A stretch of DNA of 62,204 nucleotides, filler included, from Basidioascus undulatus (Eukaryota): NCBI GenBank assembly GCA_000826855.1. It is 7 parts of 7 records of this genome, joined end to end, with 100 filler letters (N's around TTAATTAATTAA, not from the genome) between each part and the next. Parts side by side here need not be neighbours in the genome. Positions count along the whole stretch, not along the records: positions 44,525 to 53,315 come from JTLS01001336.1; positions 53,416 to 62,204 come from JTLS01001337.1; 5 more parts are not named here. The stretch is one strand, 5' to 3'. Below, piece by piece: positions 46,281 through 58,849 of the stretch. The position numbers and the translations under genes are program-made. Position 1 is the first letter of the stretch; each line of letters opens with the position of its first letter. A model generated the notes under the pieces. The model searched no databases, was not told where the DNA came from, and was given only the letters and a program-made list of their open reading frames with translations.

Positions 46281-46897
46281 ATGCCATCCTGCCCCCTCTC
46301 ACCCTGCATCTGGTAGTGGCCGGCCACACACCCGAAGGCAAAGCCATTATCTGGAAGGACAAGTCCGTCTCGCTGGTCTCCGCGCCTGTTCCCTCCGACA
46401 AAGGCGACTACCCCCGTTTCGGGCACGCTTGGACGAGGGAACACGCAAAGTACGACCTGAACTACGAGCGCGACCTGGCCCTTGCGGAGGATGGCGTGCG
46501 GCTCAGCAAATATGAGGGGTGTGTCGTCAGGTCTGTCTCAGCGACATCTTGAAATGTACCGATAGGATTGGCTGATGCGGAACGACGACAGAGTCGTCGA
46601 CCTTCCTCCCAATTATGTCTCCCTGATGCACCAGACTGTCTCCATGGACTACGGGATCGTCACCAAGGGGACGCCGATCCTGCACCTGGACGACGGATTG
46701 AAGACGACCGTCAAAGAGGGAGATATCGTCGGTGCGCGCCACTTCTTCCTTACTTTCCTTCTCCTACCCAGACTAGGTATTAAATGCGCTGACATCTGAG
46801 GCGAACTTCAGTCCAAAGCGGCACCATCCATGCTTGGGAGAACGATACCGACGAGTGGGCGAGGTCCTTGCAGCCGAGCCTTTCAACGTCAACGGGG
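46281..46897 (+). pseudogene. Cupin_2-domain protein, frameshifted
   Basis: VVAGHTPEGKA, VDLPP..MHQTVSMDYGIV, VQSGTIHAWEN. The ATG at 46281 is one base out of frame, and the tail VLAAEPFNVNG is out of frame with WAR. Confidence 0.7.
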
Positions 46898-47655
46898 TGC
46901 GTTCCCATTACCCTAATCCCTTTCGTGTTAGCCGTTGAGGTTATTTCTAGGATTCATTACTCATTCCTTCCCCTATCCACCAGTACAGGAGCCCCTCGGC
47001 GACGCTGCATATCGGAAGTCGTGAAGCCGCATACTTAGGCGGGATAACTGTGTGCACCGCTTGTGACGAAGTTCGCCGTATTCGTTGTTCGAAGTTACAG
47101 ACTTTCTTTCTATTTATTCTGGTAACTGGTGCATTTTGAGAATGACTGGCAATGAGATGGCTAACTTTCGGCTGCATTGAATAGACTGCGAAAAAGAAGA
47201 CGGTGGTGATTGACAACTCGCAAGTACGGCCCTTCGGTGTACATGGTACCGGTGTAAAATTGTTGTTTATTTTATGGTATATATTACTAGTGCGATAAAA
47301 TGATTGGTATGCGCCCTTCCTAACCAGCTCGGGCGAGTGAAGAAGAATGGGGAGCCTGCACTGTGGTTGAAAGACGGCCCGAGATCTGTCAGATCTGTAC
47401 TGTGCCTTTGGTGACCAAAATGACCCCGTTAGCGTACTGCATCGCCGCCAGGTGACCAAAAGCACCCGCTTTGCCATTGGTTTGGCAATCAGATACAAGC
47501 CTCTTCTTCATCTCCCCTCGTCTTCTGATCGCCTTCTTCTGATTACCCCCCGTACGACACTGCTTCGACCAGCATGGAACCCCCTTGCTCTCAGTCAGAC
47601 TTTTCCTTTGTTTCACAGCCAGATTTCCTAAGCTAACACAGAAGTCCATCAGCCA

Positions 47656-50240
47656 ATGCCGCCTTTCTCCTTCTCCGCTGAGCCGGGCGAAGATGGACTT
47701 ACGCGAAGGACACGCGTAACACAGAGCTGTACAGATAAGCCTACTAGCGAGATCTATTCAAATGAGCTTAAAGTTGAGCTGATATGCCCCACGCATGTCA
47801 GAATGTCGTCCGCGGAATGATTAAAGTACGTCGACTGTTCGGCTCCAGTCTCTTTTTGCACTGGCGCTGAAGGACCTCCTCCCCACACAGTGTGCACTTC
47901 GGAGGCTTGAGTGGACTTTCAATACGTTGTGCGAACGTAACTAACTGTTTGGGCAGGCGACCGCAAGTTTCCCTGCGGACCTTGCCTCCTTCGCAAAGAG
48001 GACAAATGCGAGGAGTATCAGAAGGAGAAATCCGATGTTCCTAGGTGTACAAACTGAGCTGAAACTCCCTATACATTTATATTCTCAAGCTGATGAGCGG
48101 TTGACTGTGGCTCACCAGCAAGGTACACGCTCTTGGCCGACTTCCAAATTCTCGCGCGACGGGTGCAGCAGCTCGAGGGCTTGCTGCAGCATGGTCATCC
48201 GGATCTGTCCACATCGAACCTTCGCACACCCATTACGAGCTCGTCCGCACGGGCGAGTCTCTCTTTCTTCTCCGGTACCGAGCGGCATCTACCCAAAGAA
48301 GGCGGCGCGCTCGCAGAGCCGCCATGCAAGCCGCCCAGCAACACGGAGCACGATGCTGCGCTGCCCTGGAGGTAAGAATAGACTGACTTCCGATCATTTA
48401 CCTTCTCACTCCAAGTCGTACGTATCGGGCTAACTTGCTTGACTGAGGTAGGATCTCGCACTCAATCGCATCAAGAACGTAGAGCGTGCGCGAATCGGCA
48501 ATGCATGGACACAGGGTGGGTGGTTCTTCAATTCCCGGTAACTCACATGCTGATTTCCCGAATTTAACAGAATACTCTACGAGACCTACTTCCGGTCCGC
48601 CCACCTTGCTTGCTGTCCACGGATGCGTCCCTCCGAGCGAGCGCTTGGCGAGGCGGGTCCCCGGCATCGAGTACCTACCGACCCAGCTTCAGGGAGAGTA
48701 TCTCATCAACGTATATGTACGTTGGGATTATTTGTTTATGGGAAAGGGTTGTCGCTCAGTTCAAGGCTCTCTATTTTCCAGCTCAAACAGTGAGCACGCG
48801 CGTTCGACCTTCCTGTCTGTTAGAGGCATGGCTGACATTTCGGGTGCATCGTCGCAGTGTCGACTGGTTGTCAGCGCGCTCCATTTTATCCTTTCCGGAT
48901 GCGGTTCTGACAAATGGTTGCCCTTCAGGATCCGATGTATTCATTTACCGATCTTCCTCCGTCAATGCCGCGAGTTCTGGTCTCTTCCACCGGGATCGCT
49001 CCTCACGGTCGCGCAGACCTCCTTTCTTGCTCTGTATGCAACGTGCCTCTGCGTTGGCATGCACTTCGCCCACTCGGTCGAGGACATAAGATTTGGTTTT
49101 ACGCTGGAGGAGACGATGACGCTTCCGCACGTCTGGTGGGAGCTCAGTCGAGCTGCGCTTGACAAGGCCGACTGGCTACAGCAGCACAACATCATAAGTC
49201 TGCAAACCATCATGTGCATCGAATTTTTGCTTCCTTCCCTTGCCCTATATCCTGAGTGATTTTTTGGCTTTCGGCTGTGCGGCATCATCGGACCGTATCC
49301 AAGGGCTATCAACCGGGCCGAGACGCACTCAAGGTATGGCTTATTTTGACATATCCTTTTCGTGCAAATTCTCATCATACCTACCGTTGTATCGTATAGA
49401 TGGCGCAGAACATGGGTCTTTCCGCCTCGGGCCGAACCAGCGGCTGCTACTCCTCAACAGATTATCAACCGTTTCGGCGCCCGCTGGTCCAAGCCTGTGG
49501 ACCGCGAAGTTGGACGCCGAGTCTTCAACCTTGTGAGCAATGTCCCACCATCAGCAAGTTGGACTTCTCATATTCACTTCCACCTGTTTCTGCACAGGTC
49601 GAGCTCGATTGGAACTTCTCGGCGGAGCATCATTTGACCTACACCATCCATCGAGCCAGCGGAGGAGCGTTGAGCAGGCCAACATCAACGACCCCGACAT
49701 CCCAAAAGACGAAGGCGCCATCGTTTCCCAGCCCCTTGACGTGCATACAGTAAGCATTATTGACCTTCAGCTGCCCTTGAAGTGCGCCCTCTTGGCCGCT
49801 GATCTAAACTTTCTCAACAGGATATTAGCTACATGCTGCAACGGCGGCGCTTCATCTACCCTTTCGAGAAGTTTGCCGGACGTTGCATCGACAACGGCGA
49901 TCCATTCTATGCTTTTCTCCAGATGCAAGCTTCTCGCCCTTGTATCAGGCTCTTGTTTGTGGATGTGAGTCGACCCGTTCCCCCACACAGTACCGAGGCC
50001 GAGTTTCGTCAAATCTTCGAAAGGTTCTCGCCTTTCTACAAGCTGGAAACAGATCTGTCCGTTTGGGCCTCCGATGAAGCATCGTTGGCTTCCTTGTGAG
50101 CAGCCCAGTTCTCGACCACTCATTCTGATTTGCACGCTCACAGCTCGACTCTCCAGGACGATGGAGCGCGACTTCATGCACTCTCTCGGCCATCTGCGTA
50201 GGCTTCGGCTCCACAGACAATACCTCTCAAAGGATTACCT
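47656..50240 (+). pseudogene. Zn(II)2Cys6 fungal transcription factor with middle homology region, disrupted
   Basis: RTRVTQSC.EC....KCDRKFPCGPC....C; IHLPIF, AALDKADW, MAQNMGL, REVGRRVF, ANIND, RLRLHRQYL. First donor reads ATAAGC (47735); frameshifts near 47810, 48365 and 49650; similarity ends abruptly near 50240. Confidence 0.8.
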
Positions 50241-50957
50241 GTTGACTCTTTATGCGGGCGAATCTTCAGGGTTAAAAAAAGGGTTCCAGTCCTATGAGCT
50301 CGAATAAGGCCCAGACAAGGTGGAGCACATTCTCCCACGCTGATCGACACCCTGCTGCGAATGTAATGTTCAAATAGAGGAACGCAATCTGGATTACCTG
50401 TGCATTCGTAAGGGGGAATAATATGCACCCATTCTTGTCTTCAAAGGTAAGAGCCCGAGTCTTTACATGCCGTGGCAGTGGAAGGCTGTGGGTTTCGATT
50501 GCGCCCTCTGACAAAAATCAGATTGTACAGGTTTACCAACGCTTAGTGGAGCTTACAGACCTAGAAAGCGATGATACCAATAACCTTGTCAAAAGAGTCG
50601 GTTCTTGACAATGCGTAAGGCACACGCTGTGGAAGACAAAATGGAGCTTGGCGGTTGAAGGACTCCGAGGTCTCAAAGAGCAGTGCCATGGAGAAACGAC
50701 CAACTCAGCAATGGTTGTTCCAAATTAGGCCATACAGATATTGGAAAAAAAAGAACATTTATTTTTTAGAAATGTACTTGTGCATAGCCAGTGGTAAGCT
50801 GCGTCTCGGCTTCGAAAGTGGAAGAAGGGTGTTGAGCGTACTAGTCCCACGCAATGCGGTTACGGTTGCACCCGGGGGCTTCTCAGATTTGCCCATTGCG
50901 CTCGTTGTCTTCCTTTCTGGTTTGTGCAGCTCTCTCGTCAAGCAGCCAACAGTCGCC

Positions 50958-51825
50958 ATGGTTAGTATCGTCGTCCTTATCGCACACGCCCACGCTGCGA
51001 TGTACCACTCCGTACGCCACGTCTGGAGTGCTGGGGGCTCGCCGTGCGCGGGGGCGCTGGCGGGCCTGCCGGCTCTCGAGGGGCGGGAGGGGATCGGCAG
51101 ACAGGGTGTGATGGGATGGATGGGCGGCAGGGGATCTGGGCAGCCTGGACGGGGAAGGCGATGGGCACACCGTTTGAGAACGGCGGTCTCATCAGGCGAG
51201 CGACGTCGGGTCTAGGGACACGCTCGTTCTTCCCTGCCCGCCTCGACCGTCAACCCACATGCACACCTTGATCGCAGGAACTCGTCCGCTGACACTTAAA
51301 TTCCTCCCGTACAGCCTCAGGAGATCAAGGACATCAAGCAGTTCCTCGAGATTGCTCGCCGCAAGGACGCTCGGTGTACGCTTTTCCCTTCACCCACCAC
51401 CCACGTAACTCCTCGCTCACAAACCTCCCTCCCCTTAGCCGCGCGCATCAAGAAGTCCTCGGTCGTCCGCCAGGGCACGCCCGCGCAGGTGACCAAGTTC
51501 AAGATCCGCTGCTCGCGCTACCTCTACACCCTCGTTGTCTCCGACGCCGAGAAGGCCGAGAAGCTCAAGCAGTCGCTCCCGCCCAGTACGTCTTGCTCCT
51601 CTTCCCTTTCTGGGGTGGCTGTTGGGGTCGCAGGGATGCCTTGTGGGACCCGGCTGCATGCGGAAAGGACTTTGCAGTTCCAACCTGCACCGGCGCGTCT
51701 CGGGGTCCCGGACCGCCTGGAAAACTTTCCGGACTGACATGGCTCGCTCTCTCCTTTGCGGAATCGCAACGATAGACCTCACCGTTGAGGAGATTGGCAA
51801 GACCGCTGCGAAGAAGCGCGCTTAA
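50958..51825 (+). CDS. RPL38: 60S ribosomal protein L38 (eL38), 4 exons
   Basis: ATG|intron|[49 protein letters not shown]. Confidence 0.97.
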
Positions 51826-52474
51826 ATGCATACCGCTTCGGTCTCATGTACATCCTATGATCTCATGGCAATGGCTTCTTGCACTGCACTGGGATTGTGT
51901 GCCTGCGTCTGCGTGAAGTGTCGACGTACTCACAGAAACGGCCGAATTTCAGGAACTCCGTGTCTGCAGCTCCGATTGTTCCAAGTGCAGCTGTCCGAAA
52001 ACAGTCCATCTCCGGCATGGGCAGCAGTGACCTGCTCGCCTTCGCAGCCTGTCCGTACTACTAAATAGCGGTGTTGATGATTTGAACCAGCATGATGAGC
52101 ACGTCTATGTCGCCGAAGAGGCAAGGCTGTGCCAGTAGGCATGGCCTTCGGTGCCTGGCGAGCGTTCTTTTCTGCCTTCCCCAACCCGTCATGGGGCTTG
52201 TCTTCTCCCTTCACCATCCACTCATTGCGGGCGTTCGCATGATCGCTGACTTTGACTATCAAGCTTCGAACCTGCAGTACTGGTTTCATTCGATCTTGAT
52301 CTCAATCATTCGTCTCGCAGGGGGTGCGGAGTGGGACTTGTCGCGCTGCACAGAATCGCGCTGCACAGAACGCGTTCACGCATGTGCGTTCGCTCGTGTC
52401 CACACCCTCTTCGACTTGCACTCAAAAGCGCCCCTTTGGAGTGCGTAGATAATCTCACTATACAACGCGATCAA

Positions 52475-53315
52475 ATGGGGCTCTTCTTCGTCCTCCTGCT
52501 CCTGCTCCTTCCCTACGCAGCCCTGCACGCCCTCTTCCACCTCCTCCGCCTCCCCCACACGCTCGCCCTCCGGCGCCCAGCGCACACCACCCTCACCCTC
52601 TCCGCGCTTTCCCTCAAGGTCGAAACCACCGCGCTCAATGCGCGCCTCTCCCTCCGCAGCCGCTTCCCCTCGAGGCGCTTCTATGATCTCGGGTGGGTGG
52701 CAGGCGCGGTCATGGCGCTGGGGGCGCTGGGGGTGCTGGGGATGGGGGCGGGCCAGGTCGTAGGTAGGGTGTGGGGCATTGTGCATACTGGAGCTTTGCC
52801 GGGTGAGGCGGCGGGAAGGCTGGGAAAGAGGGACGCGGTGGACGATGGGGCGTGGGTGCAGTCGGGACAGCCGCAGCAGCAGCCGCTCATTCTGAGTCCG
52901 ATTGTGAGGTTCAATCTTCACTTGTATCAAGAAGCCTTACAGCTTACACGCTACGATCCTACAGATACCCGGCGTGACAATGCCCCTTTCCCATCTCCCC
53001 GCCCTGCTTCTCGCTCTACTCCTCGCGCAAATCATCCACGAATCCGGGCACTCCCTCTCCGCCTCCCAGTGCGTCCCAGTTCCCCTCCCATCTCCCTCCT
53101 CTGCCCCTCACCCAACAGTCTTCTCACTGCCTCCCGCTTCCCTCTCCCGGCCCCCACCCACAGCGAAGCCCTCCCCACCCTCTCCTCCGGCGTCCTCCTC
53201 CTCCTCTGCCTCCCAGGGGCGTTCGTCTCCCTCCCCTCCTCCTCCCTCTCTTCCCTCCGCCCGCGCGCACGAGCGCGCATAGTTTGCGCGGGGGGGTGGC
53301 ACAACGCCTGTACGT
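52475..53315 (+). CDS. Site-2 protease (peptidase M50, MBTPS2-like), 3'-truncated
   Basis: ILSPI|IPGVTMP, QIIHESGHSLSA (HExxH), LPGAFV, RIVCAGGWHN. Confidence 0.9.
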
Positions 53316-53415
53316 NNNNNNNNNNNNNNNNNNNNNNNNNNNNNNNNNNNNNNNNNNNNTTAATTAATTAANNNNNNNNNNNNNNNNNNNNNNNNNNNNN
53401 NNNNNNNNNNNNNNN
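53316..53415. other. Artificial contig spacer
   Basis: N44-TTAATTAATTAA-N44. Confidence 0.99.
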
Positions 53416-53463
53416 ACGTCCCCATTTCGGTCTTCCCTTATCCGCCACCCACTCCTCCGGCAG

Positions 53464-54529
53464 GCGACCGAGAAGTTCCACTCCCTCCTGACCTCCGCGC
53501 TGCACCGGCACCTCGCCCCGCTCCTCTCAACCCTCCGCGCTTTGATCATCGCCGGCCCGGGCTTCGCGCGCGAGGCCTTCCTCGAGTACTTCTTTGCGGA
53601 CGCGGTGCACACGGCGAACAAGCCCGTCCTCGGCCTCAGGAGCAAGGTCATGAAGGTCAACACGGGGAGTGGGCACGTGCACTCCCTCGTCGAGGCGCTC
53701 CGCGCGCCGGAGGTCGCGAACCAGCTGAAGGACACCAAGTTCGCGAGGGAGGGGATCATGCTTGATAAGTGCGTCAGTTGCGCGGGGAGGGAAAGGGGGA
53801 GGGGAGAGGGAGGATGCTGATGGGACGGGCATCGGGATAGGTTCAACAAGATGCTCAACTCGGACGAGCTCAGGGCGTGGTATGGGCCTGATCACGTCGA
53901 GAAGGCGATTGAGCGAGGGGCAGTGGGGACGCTCCTCATCTCCGATACACTCTTCCGGTTCGTCTCCACCCATCTTCGTTTTGCAAGGTCTCGACCGCTA
54001 TGCTCACTTCTTTCTGGTCGTCGCTGCCTGTTGTAGATCACATGACGTCGCGCAGCGCAAGCGCTTCGTCTCGATGGTGGAGGACGTGCGCGACCGCGGC
54101 GGGGAGGCGCTGATCTTCTCCGCGATGCACGAGACGGGGCACCGTGCGTCCCCCCTCCCTTCTTCCATCCCTCCTTCTCCACCTTCCCTTTTTCCCCACC
54201 TTTCCACCTTTCCTCCTTCCCTCCCTCCTTTCCTCTTTCCTCTTTCCTCTTTCCTCTTTCCTCTTTCCTCTTTCCTCTTTCCTCTTTCCTCTTTCCTCTT
54301 TCCTCATTCCTCTTTCTTCCCCTCTCCCTCTCCTCCACGCTGCCGACTGACCAAGACGCCTGGGTGAACCGTAGAGCTGGACCAGTTGACGGGCATCGCG
54401 GCCATCCTGACCTACCCGCTGGACATCGAGACGGTGGAGATGGAAGAGCGGGTGGAGAAGGAGGATCGGGAGAGGGAGCAGCGCGAGAGGGAGGAGGCGG
54501 ATGGGAACGGGAATGGGAGGGCCGGCTGA
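53464..54529 (+). CDS. DOM34: Pelota/Dom34 ribosome-rescue factor, 5'-truncated
   Basis: [60 protein letters not shown]. Confidence 0.95.
54229..54305 (+). repeat. (TTTCCTC)11 heptamer microsatellite in the last DOM34 intron
   Basis: Perfect 7-bp tandem array. Confidence 0.95.
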
Positions 54530-55272
54530 TAATGGATCGCTTCCCTTGGATCATTCGGCGAAACTGGTCAATCTCAAGGCTGGTGCTTGCGAAGGGCCGG
54601 TAATTTCAGTGGTCCTTCGTCTACCGCGATGTCCCCGCTGCCATGCAAAGTTGGACTGCCTTCAATTAGTCTCTGAGTCTACGTTTACTGCTCCGGCTTC
54701 ATCGCTGCCCAGAAGCTGCTATACCGAAACCCGACCAAGAAATCTTCCTCCTCTATGCGCCTTCACGCTGAGTCCCCATTCGATGCCCGGTAGAATGCCG
54801 GTCGCGCTCTCTGCATGCGACAGTCGAGAAGCATTACTTTCGTGATTGCCTGGACCGGTTGAGCATGTCTCTGCATTTCTCCCTTCCCGAATACATAGAA
54901 TGACAGCTTTGCAAGCCGCAACTGTACATCTCGGGCTGAGCCAAGCTGAAAGAACCAAGCAAACCCAAGCATGAGCGAACATGTGAAATGGCGGACGCAC
55001 GGCGGACGACGGCACCCCTGTTTGAACAAGTTGCTCGTTTCGACAGTGCGCAGCCCAGAGTGCCCTCGTCGCTTTCTCCGTATAATCACATCCGCTTACA
55101 GTCCACGATAGCACAGCATTCGCACGCAAGCTCATAAGAGTCGCAAGCAGCGAGCACCTGCACTCTTGGATTTTCACTTCCAATACCTCACTTCCAATAC
55201 TCGCCTGCGTGCAGCCAGAAACCCTTACCGCTTCACTTCAATCTCACATCCATCAAACCACGCCATACAATC

Positions 55273-57219
55273 ATGGCGCCTTACTGGGAGGTGCATCCCA
55301 TGGGCTCTCCCGGACCCTAGGCATTTAGCTGACGCTGTACTCGCTGTCGTTGTGGACTGGGCGACTGTGTAGCCCGGCACTCAGTACGAGTACGGCAGCG
55401 TTGTCCAGTTCGAAGGCAACGAGTACAAGATGTGGGTTCTTTCTTCCTTTCAGCATATATCCCCTCGAACGAGGCTCAAGCTGAACCTCAACCCCCTCAC
55501 AGCATCCAGCCGCACCGCTCGCAGTTGGACTGGGTGCGCCTTCACCCATTGCGGCCAGCTCAGGATCGGCTGACCTTTTTAGATACTCCATTCAGACCCC
55601 CTCGGTCACCCCGGCCCTCTGGGGCAGGCTCCAGGGCGGTGACCAGCATGGGCCGTCGTGCGCGCACGGGCACGGCCAGGGCGGGCCGCCCGCGTACCAG
55701 CCTCCCCCCCAGGGCAGCCAACAGCAGCAGGAGGGCCCCGACCCGCAGAAGTACTCGCACTCCCACGGGTTCAACGACGGCGGCTCGGACCACAGTGCGT
55801 GGTGCTTGTTCATTCCATCGATGAGGGGCGTTGCTGACACTTTCGTCCCTTGAAACAGGCGACAGCGACGAGGACGAAGAGAACCCGCTGAAGCTCGGTG
55901 CGCAGTCTTTCTGGGCACCAAGGAGCCAAGAGCTGAAGCTAACATCTTCTCTTTTCAGCCGCTGGAATCGGTGCCGGGGCGTGCGTCGCTGCTTCGATGG
56001 CTGCCACTCGCATTGTACGCTGACTTTGGTTGACTGCGCAGTGTCGCCATTGGCGCTATCGGCGCGGGCATCTTTGCGTACTCGAAGCACAAGTCGAAGA
56101 AGTAAGTGGTCCCCTTGCCCTTCGGAAGGCGGCCTCACTGAACCCGTTTCCCGAAAAGGGCTGAGGAGGCCAAGAAGGAGGCTTTCCACAACAACATCAA
56201 CTTCGACAAGTGGGTCGAGGGCGCGCTGTACCGCCGTAAGGAGTACGATAACGTGCGTGCTACCTTTACCGTTTTTCCCCTAGGCCCTGTTGGGCTGAAC
56301 ATCCACCGACAGTCGTACAACAAGCCGGCCGTCTTCTGGTACTACACCGAGGGGCCCAACATTCCCCAGAACGCGATCCAGGTAGGCAACGAGGCGGATG
56401 GCAAGCCGCTGTACGCTTCGCGTGTCGAGAAGGAGGGCGGACTGGTGCGCCTCGCTATTCAGAGCGGAAATTACGAGCTTTGCTGACATCCGACCTCCTT
56501 CAGCACCTCGGAAAGGTATGGTCTTGACGCTGTTGCTCTCCGTGCTTCACGTCGCAGCTGTGCTGAGCGGTGTTTCCCTATGCAGGCCGGCCGTCACCTC
56601 TGCGGCGCTGCCATCAGCTACGGCGGCAAGGAAATCTTGGCGGACAAGTACGAGTGCGTATCCATTCCAACTCCCTTCTGGTGCGCTTTCTTGCTAAGCT
56701 CAACCACATCCTTTCCAGGGTCCTCGTCGGTGACCCGCGCGCGATTGTGTCCGTCTCCTTAAACTTCCTATCCCATCACTGTTGGCTGACTCATGGCATT
56801 CCCAATAGCTGGAAGCGCTTCGAGAACCAGGTTCCCTACGTCCGCGGCTGGCAGCCGACTGAGGGCGGCCGCGAGGCCTCGGGCGAGTTCCTCTTCCTCG
56901 CGAGGACGCACAAGGATGGCGGCATTCAGTGCGCTTTCATCCATATCTCAGTTACTATTAGAACTTTCGCTCATCTATTCTATCCTCCACAGCCCCGGCA
57001 AGGTGCACGAGGGGTACGACCACATTGGTTAGTCGCATTCGGTTTGACTTGATACATGCGCATGCTGAACAGCTTAAGCTGTTCCCGCCATGCAGACTAC
57101 CCGTACGGCGGCAAGGAGAAGACGCAGAAGGAGTTCGAGATCGCTGCCGTACGCCTCCTTTCTCGCTCCCGAGATCGAAAGCTGGTGCTGACACACGACT
57201 GCCATGACAGTACGCGTAA
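55273..57219 (+). CDS. CBM12 carbohydrate-binding module plus DM9/DUF3421 repeat protein, many micro-exons
   Basis: MAPYWE|PGTQYEYGSVVQFEG..IIQPHRSQ.DW.PSVTPALW (CBM12); IPQNAIQVGNE..PLYASR..HLGKAG..ISYGGKE..YEVL and EGGRE..LFLAR..PGKV..PYGGKE (two DM9 repeats). Confidence 0.85.
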
Positions 57220-57459
57220 AGGTGGCGCCAAAACAGAGCTTGCAAGAGCGCTTGAAATAGGAGGCGCGTGGGTGCTTGAAAAGGGACATGACAGGCGAGA
57301 AAGTTTGATTTCTTGAAACGAATGAAAGATACGAGCTGTACGATTGAGAACATGAAGGCTTTGAATCACTACAGTTTTGATGGAGCATGTGCGCGTGCCA
57401 AGCTTGTCTTTCATTGATCAGAGGAGTGCATGCCTGCTTTGGGAAGAATGAAGCGAATT

Positions 57460-58028
57460 ACAGACAGAGGCGACTTCCTGCGCTGCTCCACAGCGTCGCG
57501 CGCTGTCTTGAAGAAACGGATGTTGCTAGCGCAGTCGACATGCAGCGAGTAGTCGATGTTGCCAGCTTGGCATGTCCGCCGGCCCACCCCCAGCCAACAC
57601 CACACTGGAACAGCAAGTAGGATGTGCTATCATACTCTCGACATATTAGACTCGTGATGGTAAAAGCAACGACCGACAAGAAGGACAATAGAATGGAGCA
57701 TGCAGGCTGACCCGTCAGGCAGCGGCACCGGAAAGATGCCTTCCGCCCACAACACACCAGCTTACAGACCCTCGCAAACACGAGGAGGCCCAGAACTTAA
57801 AGCGAGAGGAAGGACCTACGGAAACAGCAATAGGGCACTGGACACCCCTTACCACCCCCTTCGCGTACACAGCTCGCACATCGCCCCGAGCCAGAGACAA
57901 AAGAAACCAGCCGTGTCGTCGCCCAACTCACCTTCGCCGCAGTACATAATTAGCGCTGCCAGTAGCACCGGTATTACGAGAGCCGTCAAGGCGAGAACAG
58001 CAGTCAGGAAGAGGATGGTCACGAGCAT
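57460..58028 (-). pseudogene. Possible degenerate small secreted Cys-rich protein
   Basis: Hydrophobic N-terminus MLVTILFLTAVLALTALVIP, donor GTGAGT at 57931, downstream Cys-rich fragments in inconsistent frames. Confidence 0.3.
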
Positions 58029-58069
58029 CGTGAGATGTACAGGTTGTGTTTCGGGTGGAATGTATGAGT

Positions 58070-58130
58070 GGGGGTGTGTCTCCTGCCAGAGGAGCGGGGG
58101 TGTGCCTCCTGCCAGAGGAGCGGGGGTGTG
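58070..58130. repeat. 26-bp tandem repeat (x2.3) with internal hairpin
   Basis: GGGGGTGTGYCTCCTGCCAGAGGAGC; CTCCT/AGGAG stem. Confidence 0.85.
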
Positions 58131-58849
58131 CGGGTCGATGGTGGGGAAGGCAGATTTGCAGTGGGCCCATGGTTGAGTATTTATGGCCCTGGCAGCTGCT
58201 CGAGACGGACGGTCATACTAGGCCATTACGGTTCAGACCAGCCGCAGTCGTTGCATTTCAGACCCGCCGCCCGCCTCCAGCTCTTTCACGTTTTTATCTG
58301 CCCGACATATGGGGGCCCTCTTTGAGATAAAAACTATTTTCATAAGCGCAAGGTTTCACATCCCGCCGAATTGCCTTGCTAGCTAGTCATCACATGCCGG
58401 AAATGGTGTACAGCAGCAAGGTCACTCTGTTAACCTGCTTTCGATGGAGATTTGACATCACACGTCTGTGCTAGTTCCCACCACTGAAATAGCGGAAAAC
58501 AGGTAGAGCTCTACCAAGCATCGACGCGTTCAACCGATCACTATCCGCAGGATTCTGCATGACCAAGGATCAACGTGCAAAGGTGCAAAGGTAAATGGCT
58601 GTCACGCAGAGCACTGCCAATTGATACATTCACAGCCAATATTACCGAATATTTCAACTGCGCTTAATCACCAGCTTGACGCCCTTCTGTCCCAGGAACC
58701 CAGGTACGCGCTGCGACCAAAGTTCCAATCCACTCCAAGCGCTGGTATTGTTTATGGGCCTCAATACGATGGCCAGAAGACTCGGGACATCCCTGTGTCA
58801 GGCTGTCCTCGATCTGTAGAGCAGAAGTGTCGGACAACGAGACTCCAGC

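Noticed and set aside
50961..51314. Intronic snoRNA in the long RPL38 intron (also RPS2 intron 10716-10941)
   Set aside because: No convincing C/D or H/ACA box pair with an rRNA guide by eye; snoscan/Infernal would be needed.
52077..52250. C/D snoRNA from ATGATGA (52092) and a downstream CTGA
   Set aside because: No terminal stem or recognisable antisense element.
58070..58130. CRISPR-like palindromic 26-bp repeat
   Set aside because: Copies are directly adjacent with no spacers, there are no cas genes, and the context is eukaryotic.
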